Assembly (NCBI GenBank): GCA_013239625.1
Contig: MU054117.1
Coordinates: 1,548,011-1,612,010 of the forward strand
DNA from: Lama guanicoe
Lineage: Eukaryota
DNA length: 64,000 nt
Direction: 5' to 3'
Shown: piece after piece, positions 35,336-48,814 of the stretch
How the letters are laid out: each line of letters starts with the position of its first letter
Numbering within the stretch: position 1 is the first letter of the stretch
Position numbers and translations under genes: made by a program
The notes under the pieces: model-generated
What the model was told of the DNA's origin: nothing
The model's database searches: none
What the model saw: only the letters and a program-made list of their open reading frames with translations

Positions 35336-38300
35336 TAAAAAGAATCATACCTGAGTGCCTGAGAGCTTGTCCAAAATCAGAACAGTTCTCCAGGAAGTCT
35401 GTATTCAAAGCAAAATAGATCCCTGCACATCATACACACTGGAATGAGACACCAGCCACTGTTAAGGGATGGTACAGCACACACATCAAGGCTGAATTAT
35501 TTCTCACTTTCACAGCCTACAAGGTCTCACAGTTGAAATTAAGCTAGACAGGTATCATTTCAACCAAGTATTCTCCACCAATTGTCAAAATACAACAGAA
35601 CTTAACGATGAACCTATTAGGTAGGAAAGACTGCCAGAACAAAGAGAAAGGGAGGCAGTTTCAATAAGCATTATTGCTGATAATACGGAAAAATAAAAGG
35701 AGCAGATCTATGTTAAAGACTAACTTTTCAACTCCAGAAAAAAAAACAAGTATTCTGAGAGATGCACATGGCAGCACAGAAAATGAGAAAAATACAGTCC
35801 ATAAAAGGTTTCTAATCTTGTCCATAAGGGAAGAACAGAACATTTTCAATACAAAGTTAATCATTTCCTCGCTGAAAGCACATTTTCGCAATATTTCCCT
35901 TTGATAAATTTACTCCAAATTCATCAAGCAGAGGTGCATGATCTGCAGTGAGTTTGTTATTAACCAAAACAAAATTGAGGACATCTATTAGGAGAAGTTC
36001 TTTTATCACAGGAATATAAGCATTTGTCTTTCTTAATGAATAGTGACTTTCACTAACTGAGAGAGTCACTCAAGTTGTGCCCTCAAGAAGAATCTGCCTT
36101 GAAAGAAAAATACCACAACAAAGATAGAAGACCAAAACACAAAAATAGCTGGGTGAGAAAACACATAGAAAGCATGTACCATTCAATGATCTCTCCCTTA
36201 CTCCCACAAGCAGAGACATTGTGATAATAAATTAACGAGATCAATAAAGCTTCCAACATTAACAAACATACATACAGTAACAACCACGTGCAGGTATCTA
36301 GAGTCACAGTCAGCCGTTAGTCTCTTTTCAAAATGCTTAAGAAAAACTTCTGCTCAATTAAAACGAAATTCACCGTTTCTTACTCCAAATTTAGTTCTAC
36401 TTTCTAATCTCTATTCATTTATCATCAATGGCAAAAACATTTCCTCAATTTCAACACCAGGGCTCATCGTAGACATCTCTATTGCCATCAGTCTACATCC
36501 AAATATTTCTTTGAAAATATCTCATGGATGTGCACCTTCCTCTCCATTCCTATTACCCACATAAATCCAGGCTTTCTGCAACAAACTCTTTTTTCCTGCC
36601 TGCCTACCTGCCTTCAATCCTCTCTGCTGATGAGCAACAAAAACTGCTCCTGAACAAATGTTTTTATGTCATTCACTTCCCTACTCCATAGGGCAACTTC
36701 CTGTTACTTTCTTCAAATTCTTCTTTGAATAAGTCAGATTAAGAAAGAAAAAGATCATACACTTTTAAAGGATGAATTAAATCATATCTCAATAAAACTG
36801 TCATAAAAGGAGAGAGGGAGGAAGCAAGGCAAGGAGCTATAGAAGAGGGAAGGAGGAGGGGTACTCAGTGCCCCCAGTTAAGTGCTCTCTCAGACCCTGC
36901 TTCACGCACCCTGGCGCTCAAAGACCCAGAGCCCTCCACCCGAGGCAGAGGCAGCCTGGCCTCCCAGGAACCAATTCTATGCCGTGAAACTGAGTCTTCA
37001 TCAAACGGATACAGCTCTCTTAGGAAATACATTCCTCCAGCAGCCAGAATCTAAAACCTTAATATCTGTACTCGTTTTTCCATTACTGGCCTCCCAAAAA
37101 AGTACCAAATAAAAGAAAGAAAGGGAAAAAACTTCCTTCTCCATGGCTGCCCACTGAAAACACAAAGTATAACTAAAACATCACGAGTCTCTTCTTTACA
37201 GTTCCCCCAACCACTTGGTGTAAAGCACAGTTTCCAGGCCCCTCCAGCACTCTTCTGGGCAGAGCACCTGCAGCATGGTATCAAGTTCCAGGGGCGGCGT
37301 GACTTTAAAAAGGAATGACTTCCTTTGATCAGTATTGATGTAACTAAAAACTAAGTTCATTTTCTGGTTTCTTTTGCACAAGATAATAAAACATGGGCTT
37401 CCCAACTCATATTTAAGCTGGCATCTGCAAAGTTTCTATAAATTAGCAAACCCATAAAACCAACTCTATCACTGAGATGAAATCCCACATTAGATTGCAA
37501 TGCGAAATGCAAGAGAGGGGTGAAAAAAAGACTGCAATTCTCTGGCAAATTCTCTTATTTCCTCACAAATAAGCCCTGTCAGATCTTTGCGCAACATTTT
37601 TTATTAGATTCACTGGATCATTTTTCATAATACTCCACTACATTCCAGATAAGCAAACTCACCAGCTCCACAAAACGCCAATTTCCCATATCCATTTATG
37701 TACCTTCGCACACGACAAAATCTAATGAACGGGTTGCTTAAAGTTCTGTAAGCCACACAATGAACAAATTTTGCTTCTCAAAATGATTGTTAACTCCCCA
37801 AAAGGTGCATATCTATTTTATATTTGATTTAATTTTCTCAGGACACTCCACATAGCGCCTTTGACACATCCCATTTCTGGAACACCAAAAAAGATGAGAT
37901 CTACATGGAAAACAGACTAGACTATCAAGTTATCCACAAGATTCCGAATAATCATTCATAATCCATCTCTGTGTTAAAATAGAATTATCAAAAAGAAGAG
38001 TTAAACAGTCCAAGACAGAAATCCCAGATTTTAAGATCAGACTTCACTGACAGTGAAACAATTAGCAACCTCATGACGTTTCTTTAAATTCAAATAATAA
38101 CTTTTACCATGTGCCAAATCAAGGTACAACCTAAAATTATTAAAATGTTAACAGTTACCAGTGTCCAAACAGTGAGAATAAAGGGTAAAAACAAAGATTT
38201 ACAGAGGATAAGTGTATCTTTTTGAATTTCTAAACTTGAAACTCTCTTGATCACTAAATAAATAGAATTAAAATCCCAAAATCAGAATCCTCAATAAAGT

Positions 38301-40284
38301 CAGACTCCAAAAAGAAAAAAATACACGAAGCAAAACATTAAATGCACTTGCCACACTACAGTATTAAAAAAAAAAAAGTAATCTGATCACACAAAATTCC
38401 AATGAAAGTGGTTTAAATTAATTATTTTTAAAGTAAGCTTCCAATTAAACTCAACACATAGAAATACTACAAGGCATAATAATCAAAACTAAAAGTATGA
38501 CAGTATCTTACTAGATGCGAGTTAGAATAATACAAAAAACATCAGGCATCCAAAGCCTAACTCTGCAATTCAACCAACCTCACAGCTGGATTTTCATTCT
38601 TCATCAAGTAAACATACACCAAAAACCTTCATTCTCAATTTCAAAAAAGGAAAAGAAAAGGCCTTTCCTGTTAAAACATACATCGTTCCATTTCTCCAAC
38701 TATCAGTATTTGAAAATTTGGTAACAAAAGGAGCATGGACTATGAAAACAGCTGGATATTTATGTTAGAAACACAATCTTCTAAAAGGACTTCACAATAA
38801 TGAGCCATACACATTAGGCAATTCTAAGCAAATGTGTTTTTACATTTGACAGGATTCTAGACTGAGATCTCTGTGGCCCAATCAGATCAAACATTTAGGA
38901 TGCATCTAAATCCCCAATCTCAAACTGAAATGGGGAAATTTGTTTAATTACTGTAAATCCTATTAAACCAATCTTCTTTGTGAAGTAGAAAGCTCCAGCC
39001 TCTGAGGGCGTGGAGGGTGTAAGAACACACAGCTTAATTAGGGCCCAAGGCTGGCTCACTGTAATCTGTTCATTAGCATTCTCCATTCTCTAGATCTCAC
39101 TGCAGTATTTCACTTTACTTTAAAATTGTACCCTTCGCTTTTTGGACCAAAGTTATACAATTTTAGGATTGTGTGGTAATTACAGTGGGTGCAGGAAGAC
39201 TGCATTCCTGCCAGCATTGGTGTTTAATTAGGGCAAGGGGTGGAATCTCGACATGGCAGCGCTCGCCCTCCTACAGCACATATGGTTTTTCTGGCATCGC
39301 AGCTCTGGGGACTGTGTCACCTCCACTGGACTCAAGTGCTCAGTCCCCACCACAGACTTTTTGGAAGATTCAAATATTTGGTCTTTGGATGTAGCTTGAT
39401 GATCAGAAAGGTTACTGTCATCGCTTTTTATCCATACAGCTTTTAAAAGCATAGCCATAATTAGGCCTGAATTATTTGAAAATAAAGAAGTAAGCCAATA
39501 ATTTTTTCCTAGTTAAAATGGACATTTCCAAGTTGCCTGATGACAAAAAACTTCTTGGTAACAGGCATATTTTCAGTATCACCAAAAAGGTACACTGGAG
39601 GCTTAATTCAGTGATAAATTCACTAACCTCAACTTAACACTCAACTTCTACCAAAATCCACTTTAAATTTTATACATACCAAGATGCCTTTCTTCCACCT
39701 TAAATCCTTAAATCTGAGGAATTAAACAACTTAAAAAAAAAAGCATCCTGAGGTTAAACTTTCATAAGTGTCAACACAAAGAACTGCTACTTATTGTTGG
39801 TACTTAATAAATTTTATATCATCAATATTAACTTTTTAAAATTAATTTCCATTCTGTACCGTCAGCATGTTGGCTTGCCTTGTGATTGTTTTCTTAAGAT
39901 TGACTTTTTTACCATTTACTATGGTAAATCTTAATGCTACATCCCACACTTAAGTTACATTCTGATAATGGATCTTAGAGCATGTGGCAAAATGATACAC
40001 TCACAAGAATTAAACAAAGATAATACATGCTGAGAGAGAAGCCAGGGAAAAGAAAGAAGCTAGAACTGCGGGGAGCAAGCAGATACAGCAACCAGAATAA
40101 AAGGCACAAGACCAATCTGGAAAAGGCTGAGAAATGGAGGCCATAAGACGCTAAGAAAAACAGGAAAAAGGAAAATAAAGGAACAAGAAGAGAAGAAAAA
40201 GAATGGCTCACTTCATTCACATACACGAATTCAGTTTCACTGACACACAGAACACAGAGAGGCAAACACACACGTAACACCAAC

Positions 40285-40953
40285 CTGGTTTTCCTCCTGC
40301 ACGACTCTGTACTGCTCCTTCCACACAGTGATCTTGGAGGCTTCGTCTTTCCGCAGGGCTCGCTCCTTCTTCAGCTCTGGGCTCCAGAAGGTCTTGATGC
40401 TATTCATGGACGAACTCAGCTTGCTCTCCTTTACTTCCACGTCCTTTCGTAGGAGATCGTTTTCCCTTAACACTTCCTTCAGCTGTGTCTGCAGATCCAT
40501 GATTGTGTTGTCCCTCGCCTGGCGAAGAGAGTGAGGAACAGTGGATGCCATGCTCACTGGGGGGAGGTGATGCTCCCCGAATGCTATGGTGTCACTGGCC
40601 ACCCCACTGCTGGCTATGTTGGGGCTACTGCCCATCGCTGTCATCCTCACACCGTAAGGCAGACGTCCTCCAGAACGGCCAAGCGTCATGGTGCTTTTAG
40701 GTGTTTCTGAACCCACGTTTTCATGGTCACTCAGGTACATAGGGCCGGAAGTGGCATAGGCAGCATTTAAGGACTGGATATTCTCCATTGAAAGGGTCTT
40801 CCCACTGCCACCCCCGACACTGCTTCCAGAACTCCCTCCTGTACTGTTGGTTCGACGATGACCCAAGCGAGGGGAACGTGGAAGCCTAGGTGAGCGCCCA
40901 GGGCTCTGGTTGCTTGGTTCCACCTTCCCAACTGAGCGAGCACTTCCATACAT
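40285..40953 (-). CDS. ERC1: ERC1 (ELKS/RAB6-interacting/CAST family member 1), first coding exon, codons 1-223
   Basis: The ORF translates as MYGSARSVGKVEPSNQSPGRSPRLPRSPRLGHRRTNSTGG...IKTFWSPELKKERALRKDEASKITVWKEQYRVVQEENQ, the recognisable ERC1 N-terminus. The start context is GCAACC-ATG. A phase-0 donor CAG|GTTGGT sits at 40285/40284, giving 669 nt. The ORF-track tail VGVTCVF... is intron read-through. Confidence 0.97.
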
Positions 40954-41103
40954 GGTTGCAAGATGAATTTCAGCGCCAGGAAAGACAGAAAGCAGAATCT
41001 GGAACTCTGTGCGATTTTTCTATAGCTGTAAAGTCTGCTCAAGGCTAACGAGAAATAACAGGTCCTCAGCTGTCCAGTCGTGAAGAAATAGCTTACACCA
41101 TAT
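40954..41103 (-). other. ERC1: 5' UTR part of the ERC1 first coding exon
   Basis: Acceptor (minus strand) GACCTTTCCATTACAG|ATATGG at 41104/41103, 150 nt upstream of the ATG. Confidence 0.75.
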
Positions 41104-41279
41104 CTGTAATGGAAAGGTCACACGTTAACTCCTCCAGGAAGAAACACTTCCACTCTCAGACACTTTTTCATTGTCCCCACTCGAGGGAGAGCCCCTGCGG
41201 TTACATTTACTCAAGCATTTGTTTACAGCACAACTTATTTCTTAGTAAACATCATTCTAAAAATATTCAACATGTCTCA

Positions 41280-42850
41280 AAACTGAATACTGAAACCATA
41301 CTAAGCAAATGGAAAAGAAAAAGAAATATATCAGATGTATAAAGATTGGCAAGAAAAACACAAAACTCAGTGTTTGAATATATGATTTTCTAACTGGAAA
41401 ATCCAGGATTATCAACTGACAAGTTATCAGAATAACAAAACTCAAAAAATTGGTTAGACACAGATCAATATATAAATATCATGTATTTACATGCAATACA
41501 TTGTATATGTGCAGTCAAATTGCAATAATTCTACCTAGTAAAACTGAAAAATGAAAATAAATAAATATCAATACTTTCCTGCACATCAGTAATAACAATC
41601 TTAATGCATTTTTAAATGCATTTTAAAAAAATTCCCACTCACAACAGCAACAAAACCATAAAAACACTTTGATATAAATCTAACAAAAATGTGCAAGAAG
41701 TTTTGGAGAAACTGTAAAACTTTCCTGAACAAAAGGAAAGTTATCCATGTTCATGGATGAGAAGACAGGCACTGCGAGGGTGTCAGCTCTTCCCCAACTA
41801 CTCTACCTGCCAACGAAACTCTGTACAGGAATTCTTCACATAACTCAACAAGCTGACTCAAATTCAAATGGAAGAGTAAAGGCACAACAACCATCAAAGC
41901 AATCTGAAGTAGAAGAACAAAGGAAGACATCTGCTAAAAAGTAAGACAAATCACAGATCCATTAACTTTACTTGCGATACAAAAACATTTTTTAAGCCTC
42001 TGAGAAAAAGGGTTTTTTTTTCTTATTAATTCATTTAGCAGCAAAACTCGACCTGATCTGAGGTCACTTACTGTTTATATGTATCTCACCTAGTGTGATT
42101 ACTCATGCACTTTATTGGGAAAACAATGTGTATGATTACAGGAAACTGCCTAATGCCCACTGGGCATTATTGGGAAGAATCTAGACTCCAAAACCACATC
42201 TGACTCCTAGGATTTCTCATAATGACTCAGAGCCATTTAAAGCTATAGCAATTAAAGCTGTAGAGTTCTGGCTCAGGGACAGACTCTAAATTATATATGA
42301 GTGAGTTTAGTATATGCTAAAAGTAACACTGTGTAACAGAGAGGAAAAGACAAATCATTCAATAAATGGAGTTTGAACTGGTGCTCTTGGAAAAAAATAA
42401 GTTACAGCCCTACTTCACACAGTACACAGAAATAAATTGCGTGTACATTAAAGATATAAATTTTAAAACTATTAGATGTACTATAAAATTCACGTAGGTG
42501 AATACCCTTGTGAACTTGAATTAAGGTAGGACTTCTTAAATAAAAAACAAGGGGGAGGGTATAGGTTGAGGGGAGGGTATAGTTCAAGAGGTAGAGCACA
42601 TGTTTAACATGCTGACGGTCCTGAGTTCAATCCCCACTACCTCCTCTAAGAATAAATAAATAAACCTAATTACCTCCGACCACACACACAAAAAAGAGCA
42701 AAAACCATAAAGCAAAAAACAACTAATACATTATGTCAAAATGACAAAATACACCAAAAATTAAAACAAAAACAAAAACCTAGGTGAAAAATGTATCTAA
42801 CACATGTATAAAGATCTGTATGCAAAATATATAAAGAATTCCTACCTGGG
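41280..42850 (+). mobile_element. Fragmented ancient L1 ORF2 remnants
   Basis: ATAAATCTAACAAAAATGTGCAAGA, CCATGTTCATGGAT, CAAGCTGACTCAAATTCAAATGGAA, TTCAATAAATGG, CCCTACTTCACACAGTACACA. Confidence 0.75.
42551..42695 (+). mobile_element. Vic-1-type SINE with duplicated 5' head
   Basis: GGGGAGGGTATAG occurs twice, then GGTAGAGCACATG...GAGTTCAATCCCC...(AATA)n CCTAATTACCTCC. Confidence 0.88.
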
Positions 42851-43699
42851 AAATGCCAGATTTGAAACAGCAGTGGTTAGAGGGGAAGGGGATTTGCCTT
42901 CTAAGGCTGGGGAAAAATGCTTGTGGAGGCTTTAGCTTCATTTATAAAGATCTGTACTCAGAATACACAAAAACTTGAAATTTTTAAAAAGCAAATATGT
43001 TCATATTCTACAAGAAGAATAATTAAGACAAAATTTAAAAACACCAATCTACTTTCTACACTTCTCTCAAACATAAATCAATACAGATCTAAACTAGATC
43101 TCTGTGGTTTCCTAGTATCAGTCTACCAAAGAATTGCCTTAGGTCAAATACAGTTTTCACCATATTAAATAATATTTTCCAAAAAGCCACTGTTACATAG
43201 AGTTGATTCTTACAACTGTTTCTTCATTGAAAATGCAATCCAAGTAAATCACGTGGTCAAAACCAAGATTTTAAAGGGTCTTTATATTCTAGTCAAACTC
43301 GAACAGGTTAAAGATCTTCATAAATAGGAAGATACTGGCAGTCTCACCTCCACTTTGGTGATCCTGTAAAGATCTCCCTCAGGTAACAACAGGCAGGCCA
43401 GGAAATACACAGAGCCTGAACCTTCTGTCTCAGAAATAGCAACAGTACAGCAAGTTCGGAAATTGCAATACTCTGTGAGTAATATTAGGAAATTCCCTCC
43501 CACAACTAACTGAGCTCAGAAGTAAAAACTCCTTCCCACGATTAATCTGGACTGTAAAGTAGATGACAAGTAATAATCTACATACTACTTGTTCAAGTGA
43601 ATTCTATTTCAAGATCAGAGGGTTGCAGAGTTTCTTATTTTAAGTAATCTGAATATTTCTTTAAATGAGAGAGCTATTCATTACCCAGAATCCCCTGAA

Positions 43700-43910
43700 T
43701 GATAACAAAGCTAACATAGTGTCGGCACTGCGCTAAGAATTTAATAAGATTTAATTTAATATTTATAAGCACCCTACAACATAGATGAAGAAAGTAAGAC
43801 CTATAGGTGCTAAGTGACTTACCCAAAGTAAAACAGCTATTAAGTGGTAGGGTCAAGCTCTGAATTAGGGTACCTAATTCCAGAGCCCTGGAGGCTCTTA
43901 ACTACTGTTT
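43700..43910 (+). mobile_element. MIR SINE
   Basis: AGATGAAGAAAGTAAGAC...TAAGTGACTTACCCAAAG...CTCTTAACTACT. Confidence 0.7.
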
Positions 43911-45417
43911 ACCCACTGTCATCTGCTGACATTGACATCTCAGTTGTCCACAGGATATTAAAGCCTTCCACAATTTTAAGGCAGGGTGTCCTGTTAATCC
44001 AGCACCCTAAACTTAAAGTTTAAGGCACATCTTAGGTTTTCCTGGGTAAAGCTTAAACAATCACATTTATCTTTCTATTGAAGAGAAAGTCTTTCTTAAA
44101 AGATGGTGTGCAAAAGAACCAAATAAGTAAAACTAACAAAGAGTAATACTTCAGAGTCTCAGGAATCAGGCCATCTTTAAACTGCCACATTCAAGAAAAA
44201 AATTCCCAACTGTGTTTTTGTGCAAAACTACATTTTCATATAGTCAAGTAACAAAATCACACTAAACAGGCTAAGATCCAGTAACAAAACTCCACATCCA
44301 GTTTTCAGCATTAACAGGTGCACACTACTGTTTGAGTCACTTTCAGACCCCACATGTCACTTGCACGTGGAGCCTTTGTTACTTTCAGAATTACATTCAT
44401 TTCTACAACAAAAGAAGAAAACTCACCAGCTCTATCTGAAGCCCTCACACTAGCTTTTTCTAATAGCAACTTCAGGGAAGATAGTGTTTAAAGAAAATTA
44501 ATTTCCTTAAAAAATTTCCCAGACCCACAAACACAATAATTCCTGCACTTTGAATAGCTGACAAAAAAGAATTTTGACAAAATAAAAAAAGTTAAGCTGT
44601 ATGACTCCATTTATATAAAATTCTAAAAGAATCTATTATGACAGAAAGTCAATCAGTACGCGCCCAGGGTTGGGGCTGAGGGATGCATGGGTAATGAGGG
44701 GCTAAAAGGAAACCTGTGGTGACGAAAACGTTCACTGTCCTGACTGAGGTGAGGCTTCCTAGGCACATACAGGTCAGAACTTACCAAACTACAGTCATTT
44801 TTAAGTGTTCAGCTTATTGTACATAAACTATACCACAAAAGTTCAAAAAAATAATTTCACATTCCAAACTCCCCTGCCCCTGATTAATCCAAGGGAAACA
44901 CTTTCACTGATTACATACCTGGAACCCGACTGCTGCTGGAAAACATCGTGCAGCGGCTCAGCTTGAGCCCATAATGTGGCCCGAGTACCACATGTCCCTG
45001 AGTTAGCCCCTACCTAGCATCCATTGTGGTTATTTCAAACCTTCTCCCTCTGCTCATCAGACAGAACACATGACTGTCCTGGGTCAGAGACAAAGAACTT
45101 ATTACTCACAGCACAGCCAGCAGTACGAGCAGCTTGTTACCCTCAAGTCCTACCAGGTGACACAACGGGGCCCAGACAGATGCTACACACGCAGTGGGTT
45201 TGCTGAGGAACACTGAGTTTAGGGAATTCGCCACTTCTGCAGAAAGCAATAAGTAAGTCTGACCTCTCCCAAGGCGAGACATTACCTCATCCCTCAAGGT
45301 GGCTTGCTGCAAACACAAACCTCAGAAATGGCCCAGGTTAACAGCAGTCAGGGCCTTGCATTTAGAGCATGCAGGCAATAAGAAATCCTGGAAGACTCAC
45401 TCTCCTGACAAGCATCT

Positions 45418-45901
45418 GTTGTAGTTTCAAGGTACCTTTGTAAATCTTTGATACTCCCTCCCTTCAAGGGGGGAAGCAAAATTCCTCTTCCTCTGAATGT
45501 GCATGAGACTTCAATGATTTGCTTCTAATGATGTATCATCTCCAAGACTAACTCATAAAAGACACTGGGGCTTCTTTCTTGGTCACTATCTTGGATCACT
45601 CGCTTTGCGGGGAGCTGGCTACCATGTTGTAAAGGTAATCATGCTACCCTACAGAGAGTGCCACACAGTGAGGAACTGAGGCCTCCTGCCAAGAGCCACG
45701 GGAGATGGCTCGGAAAGGATCCTCCAACCCCGGTCAAGCCTTCCAATGTCCGCAGACTCAGCTGACACCTTGACTGCAACCTCATGAAATACCCTGAGCC
45801 AGAACCACTCAGCTACACTCTTCTAAGAATTGTAAGACAGTGTCTGCTTTTTCAATCCAGTAAGTTTTGAGATAACTTCTTATACAAGAGATAACTAACA
45901 C
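45418..45901 (+). mobile_element. MaLR solo LTR (MLT1 family)
   Basis: GTGAGGAACTGAGGCCTCCTGCCAA...CTGACACCTTGACTGCAACCTCATGA...CCCTGAGCCAGAACCAC...AAGTTTTGAGATAA...GATAACTAACACA. Confidence 0.88.
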
Positions 45902-46089
45902 AGTATTGTTTCCTGAAACTTCTGTTTCAGGTGTGCATATGGCACACACGTGCATACTGGATCACAATTTAAAATGTGTTTCTTTTTGAAGGTTCTAAAC
46001 AATTCTCAACACCACCGCCAGAATAATCTTCTAATATGACTCTCCAAGTGAGTCAAGCTCCCTGTTACCCCCAAGCCCCAAAGATGACA

Positions 46090-46408
46090 CAGAGCGGTCT
46101 AAAGAGAACCCCTCAGGAGGCCCATGAGAGCAAAACTATTTTCACAATACTGTGACATTGGCTTTTTCACTGTACATTCTCACAATGTACAGTAGTGTTT
46201 TCCTGAGGCTACATGACATGAGGGATTATCCCACTGACAGCTAATGGAATGTGTACTTGTACTCACATGTTTTAAAAATCTCTTTTACTTTCTAATATGG
46301 TAAATAGTAGCAGACAGAGCCTACATAAACAAAAGCTATTTAGAATCTCCAGTAATTTGTAAGAGTGTAAAGGGATACTGAAATAAAAAAAAGTTGAAGA
46401 ACCACTGC
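46090..46408. mobile_element. Charlie-family hAT MITE
   Basis: CAAAACTATTTTCACAATACT...TTCCTGAGGCTACATGACATG...TAAGAGTGTAAAGGG...AAGTTGAAGAACCACTG. Confidence 0.78.
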
Positions 46409-46424
46409 TCTAAAATTTAAACAT

Positions 46425-46875
46425 GACATAATCACACACACCTACATACTTCCTTTGATGGCGTCCCAAAATAAGAATCTAAATTCCTTGGCAGTGCATG
46501 TAAGACTTTTCATGATTTGGGCCCTGCCTACCTCTCTAAAGACAGGTTTCTTCTTAGTCACTCTCCTTCTCCCTGTGACAACCATGATCAAGTGCCTGCA
46601 ATTTTCTGAAATACCATGCTCTCTCTTGCTTCCATGACCTTCCTCCTCCCCATCAACTGGCTCACTACTCATTCTTCCAAACTCAGTTAGATAGTCACAA
46701 TCCCTTAATTCCCTCGGTCCAATTTAGGTGCCCCTCTTATGGAAACAGGGGCTTTTAAAAATATACTTACTACATATTAGTTAAGTAACTATTTCCTTAA
46801 AGGCAAAGCAATGTCTTATCTCCAAAACCTAGTGTAGTGCCTGATACAAATCCATTATGCAATGTTTGCTGACTC
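46425..46875 (+). mobile_element. L2 3' fragment
   Basis: CATGATTTGGGCCCTGCCTACCTCTC...CTACTCATTCTTCC...CCTAGTGTAGTGCCTGATACA...AATGTTTGCTGA. Confidence 0.75.
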
Positions 46876-48814
46876 CACAACTGAACCTAAATCTAAGTAA
46901 AACTCATTAAGATGGTTCTTATACACTCAGAAAGTGATGGTAATCTTGAAATTAGTTTATGAAAATGCAACTAAATGCAATTAAGACAAACATAATGAAA
47001 TCCTTTTTATCATTTCCCTTATGTTAATAAACTCTTTTTAAATTGCAACCGAATTCCATAAATTGACAACCTCCTTCCCTGTATGTATTTTTATCCTCTA
47101 ATATTTTACCCTGAAAATCATAAAAGTAACCTACTGAATGAATGGTGAAGATATCAACTTTTAAAAAACAAATTGTTCTTCCTGCATGAATAAAACTAGG
47201 AAATTCTGTAGCTAAATCTTAATTCCAAGATAACAGCATAAGCTCAACAGGAACAGACTAAGGCCTCTCATCTTCTAAGAAAAGAACCTAACTCATACAC
47301 ATACAGAGCAATCCCATGCAGAAAGTATCATGCCTATAGGTACATACATGCTCTCAATACTGAAAAATCTCTATTAAATTAATCTGTCAAGTTAGCATCA
47401 TAGCCAGAGACCTATCAAATATTTAAAATGAGTTGTTTTATCCTGTATTTTGATTTTTTTAATGCTTTAAAATACCAGCACATTTAAATTTCTGCAAGTT
47501 TGTCCAGATTTAGGTTTTAAAAAACTTCCTAAAATCTAATTCTGATAAGAACATTACCAGAAATCTAGTTTATCTTAAATTTGGTGTTTACTAACAACAC
47601 AGTTCCAACATCAATTATTCATGTTTCCATACTTCCATAAAAATGTACAATTTTTAGAGCTCTTCAATTTAACCAAAGGAGCATTCTTAACTCAAAAACA
47701 GACTGAAAGCCTTAAAATGCTGGGTTTCCCTATCAAGAGAAGGCACAATGTTTCTCAAAAAAGTCAAGAAAACTAAAATTAATTCAGTTTCGGTGACATA
47801 TAAGCAAAGTTTTTTTTAAAGATATACAGGACAATATTTAAAAGGACTAGGTTTATTGTTAAAACAATTAAGTCATTTTTTTAAAACTCCCCAAATGAAG
47901 AGGAATGGCAAAAGTTAAAAATACACTTACAAATCAAAAAGGAACAGTGCTCAGAACATATAGACACAGTAGTTTTTATATTATCCTAACTCTGTTGCCC
48001 CCTGTACTAGAGCGTATTAGTAACACTCTGCTCAAGTATGAAAACAAAAAATGTGACCTGAAATCTTCTCTACAGGTGTGTAAAAATGTGCAGAACAAAA
48101 ATGCAACACACAGACCTTAAGCACATTTCATCCTAACCAGGCCCCTGTAAAGTAATTCTTACTGTGCTCCTGAGGCCGAGTCGTGTTGTAACTTCAAGGA
48201 AAAGCTTGGGCTGATTCAGCTCCACCACTTACACATATAGCTTTCAACAAATAAATAAATCTCTTTAAGCCTCAGTATCCTCATCCATGAGATGGGCTTA
48301 TCTTCCTCAACAGATGGTTTAAAAGATCAAATCAGTGAGTAAGTAAAAAATATCTGGTTCCTGGTAGGTCTTCAATAAATGTCAGTTATCACATGTCTAG
48401 GAATTCATCTTACATGTGTTTTCACACAAGTGGGAAAACTGAGTAAGAATCAGCTGCAGAATTCTTTGAAATAACAAGACTCTGGTAATAGCCTATATAA
48501 TTATGGGAATACTGTGCTGCTATTAAAAAGAATAAAGTTAAGTCTGTAAGTAGCAATAAGAAAAGAGATACAAGACATAGACACTTCTAAATTTATAAAA
48601 AGAGGAATACAAAAATTCATGGGGAAAGGTGGGTTTTCACATTTTTCTTTCCTGCACTGACTGAGATTTTAACACAAATATGAATTATTTTTATAATTAT
48701 AAAGTAATTATAGACCAATACATATACAGATGGCTCATTTGTGACAGAAGTACAAAGGTGACACGGTGGAGAGAGTGAGGCAGTCACGCTCCCACAACAG
48801 CAGACCTGAACGGA

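Noticed and set aside
40237..40284. C-terminal 15 codons of the 238-aa ORF (VGVTCVFASLCSVCQ)
   Set aside because: They lie past the CAG|GT donor and are intron read-through, not ERC1 protein.
1..40284. Search for the next ERC1 coding exon (expected to begin HMQMTIQALQDEL...)
   Set aside because: Not seen in the ORF track or by eye. It presumably lies left of the window, so this span is treated as intron.
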